From NCBI GenBank assembly GCA_050613775.1, contig JBODTK010000138.1:372001-436000 (forward strand): a stretch of 64,000 nucleotides of DNA, read 5' to 3'. Shown here one piece after another: positions 63,375 to 64,000 of the stretch (position 1 is the first letter of the stretch; every line of letters starts with the position of its first letter). The DNA is from Neocallimastix sp. 'constans'. Its lineage: Eukaryota. The translations under genes and the position numbers were made by a program. The notes under the pieces were generated by a model. That model was not told the origin of the DNA. It saw only the letters and a list, made by a program, of their open reading frames with translations, and searched no databases.

Positions 63375-64000
63375 TCAAAATGACCTATTAAATATTTAAT
63401 AATTAAAAAATAATTATTGCTTAGATTATTTTGAAAAATTTTTTATTATATATGCATAATTAAATAACTATATAATTTTAAAAATGCAGTAATTTTATAC
63501 CATAATGCTTGTAAAATGAATTGTAATTCATTTTACAAATATTTAATTAAATAATTTATTAAAAATAATATATATGGAATTTATACCATTAAATATAGAA
63601 TATTAAAATATACCTAGAAATATATATTATATAAAATAAATTATAATTTGAAATAAAATGTGAATTATTATATACCTTTAAAAAAAAAATAAATAAATAA
63701 ATAAAAAATCATTTATATAACAAAAAATCTAAAAATAAATATTATATTTTTAATTAAAAATTTTTTTTCTAAATATTTATTTACTTAATATATAATAAAA
63801 ATATAAATAAATAATAGAAAAAAGAAAAAAAATAATAATAATAATATATATATTGTCAAAAATTTTTTATTTAAATACTAAAAATAAAAATTTTTTATAT
63901 ATAAAAAGTTAAAATTATATAAAATATGAAATTGTAATTGTATAACATTCTCAATAAAAAATAAATTCTAATAATTATAAAAAATTATTAATTTATCTTT

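Overview
Extremely AT-rich, intron-containing eukaryotic DNA. Composition, microsatellite-filled short introns and gene content suggest an anaerobic gut fungus (Neocallimastigomycota); this is inference, not a database match. Layout: (1) 1-11.4 kb, three adjacent spliced ribosome-biogenesis genes (PA2G4/Arx1-like, WDR55/Jip5-like, WDR43/Utp5-like). (2) 12.6-20.3 kb, a pile of co-oriented decayed LINEs. (3) 20.8-22.5 kb, a type I membrane protein gene. (4) 25.7-27.3 kb, an internally deleted Copia relic. (5) 28.7-44.6 kb, a ~16 kb stack of LTR elements: several solo LTRs with readable target-site duplications, a nearly intact Ty3/Gypsy element with a -1 frameshift signal, and a gag-only relative. 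The stack ends 14 bp upstream of a tRNA-Pro(AGG) gene, the geometry expected of Pol III start-site targeting. (6) V-ATPase subunit e and a Cys-rich pseudogene. (7) 54-63.4 kb, three near-identical GPI-type CE4 (chitin deacetylase-like) genes, one inverted next to a ~430 bp AT-rich palindrome. The best candidate for an undescribed system is a tRNA-gene-targeting, tRNA-Ala-primed Gypsy family with a non-autonomous gag-only member. Coordinates were read by eye and may be off by a few bases.
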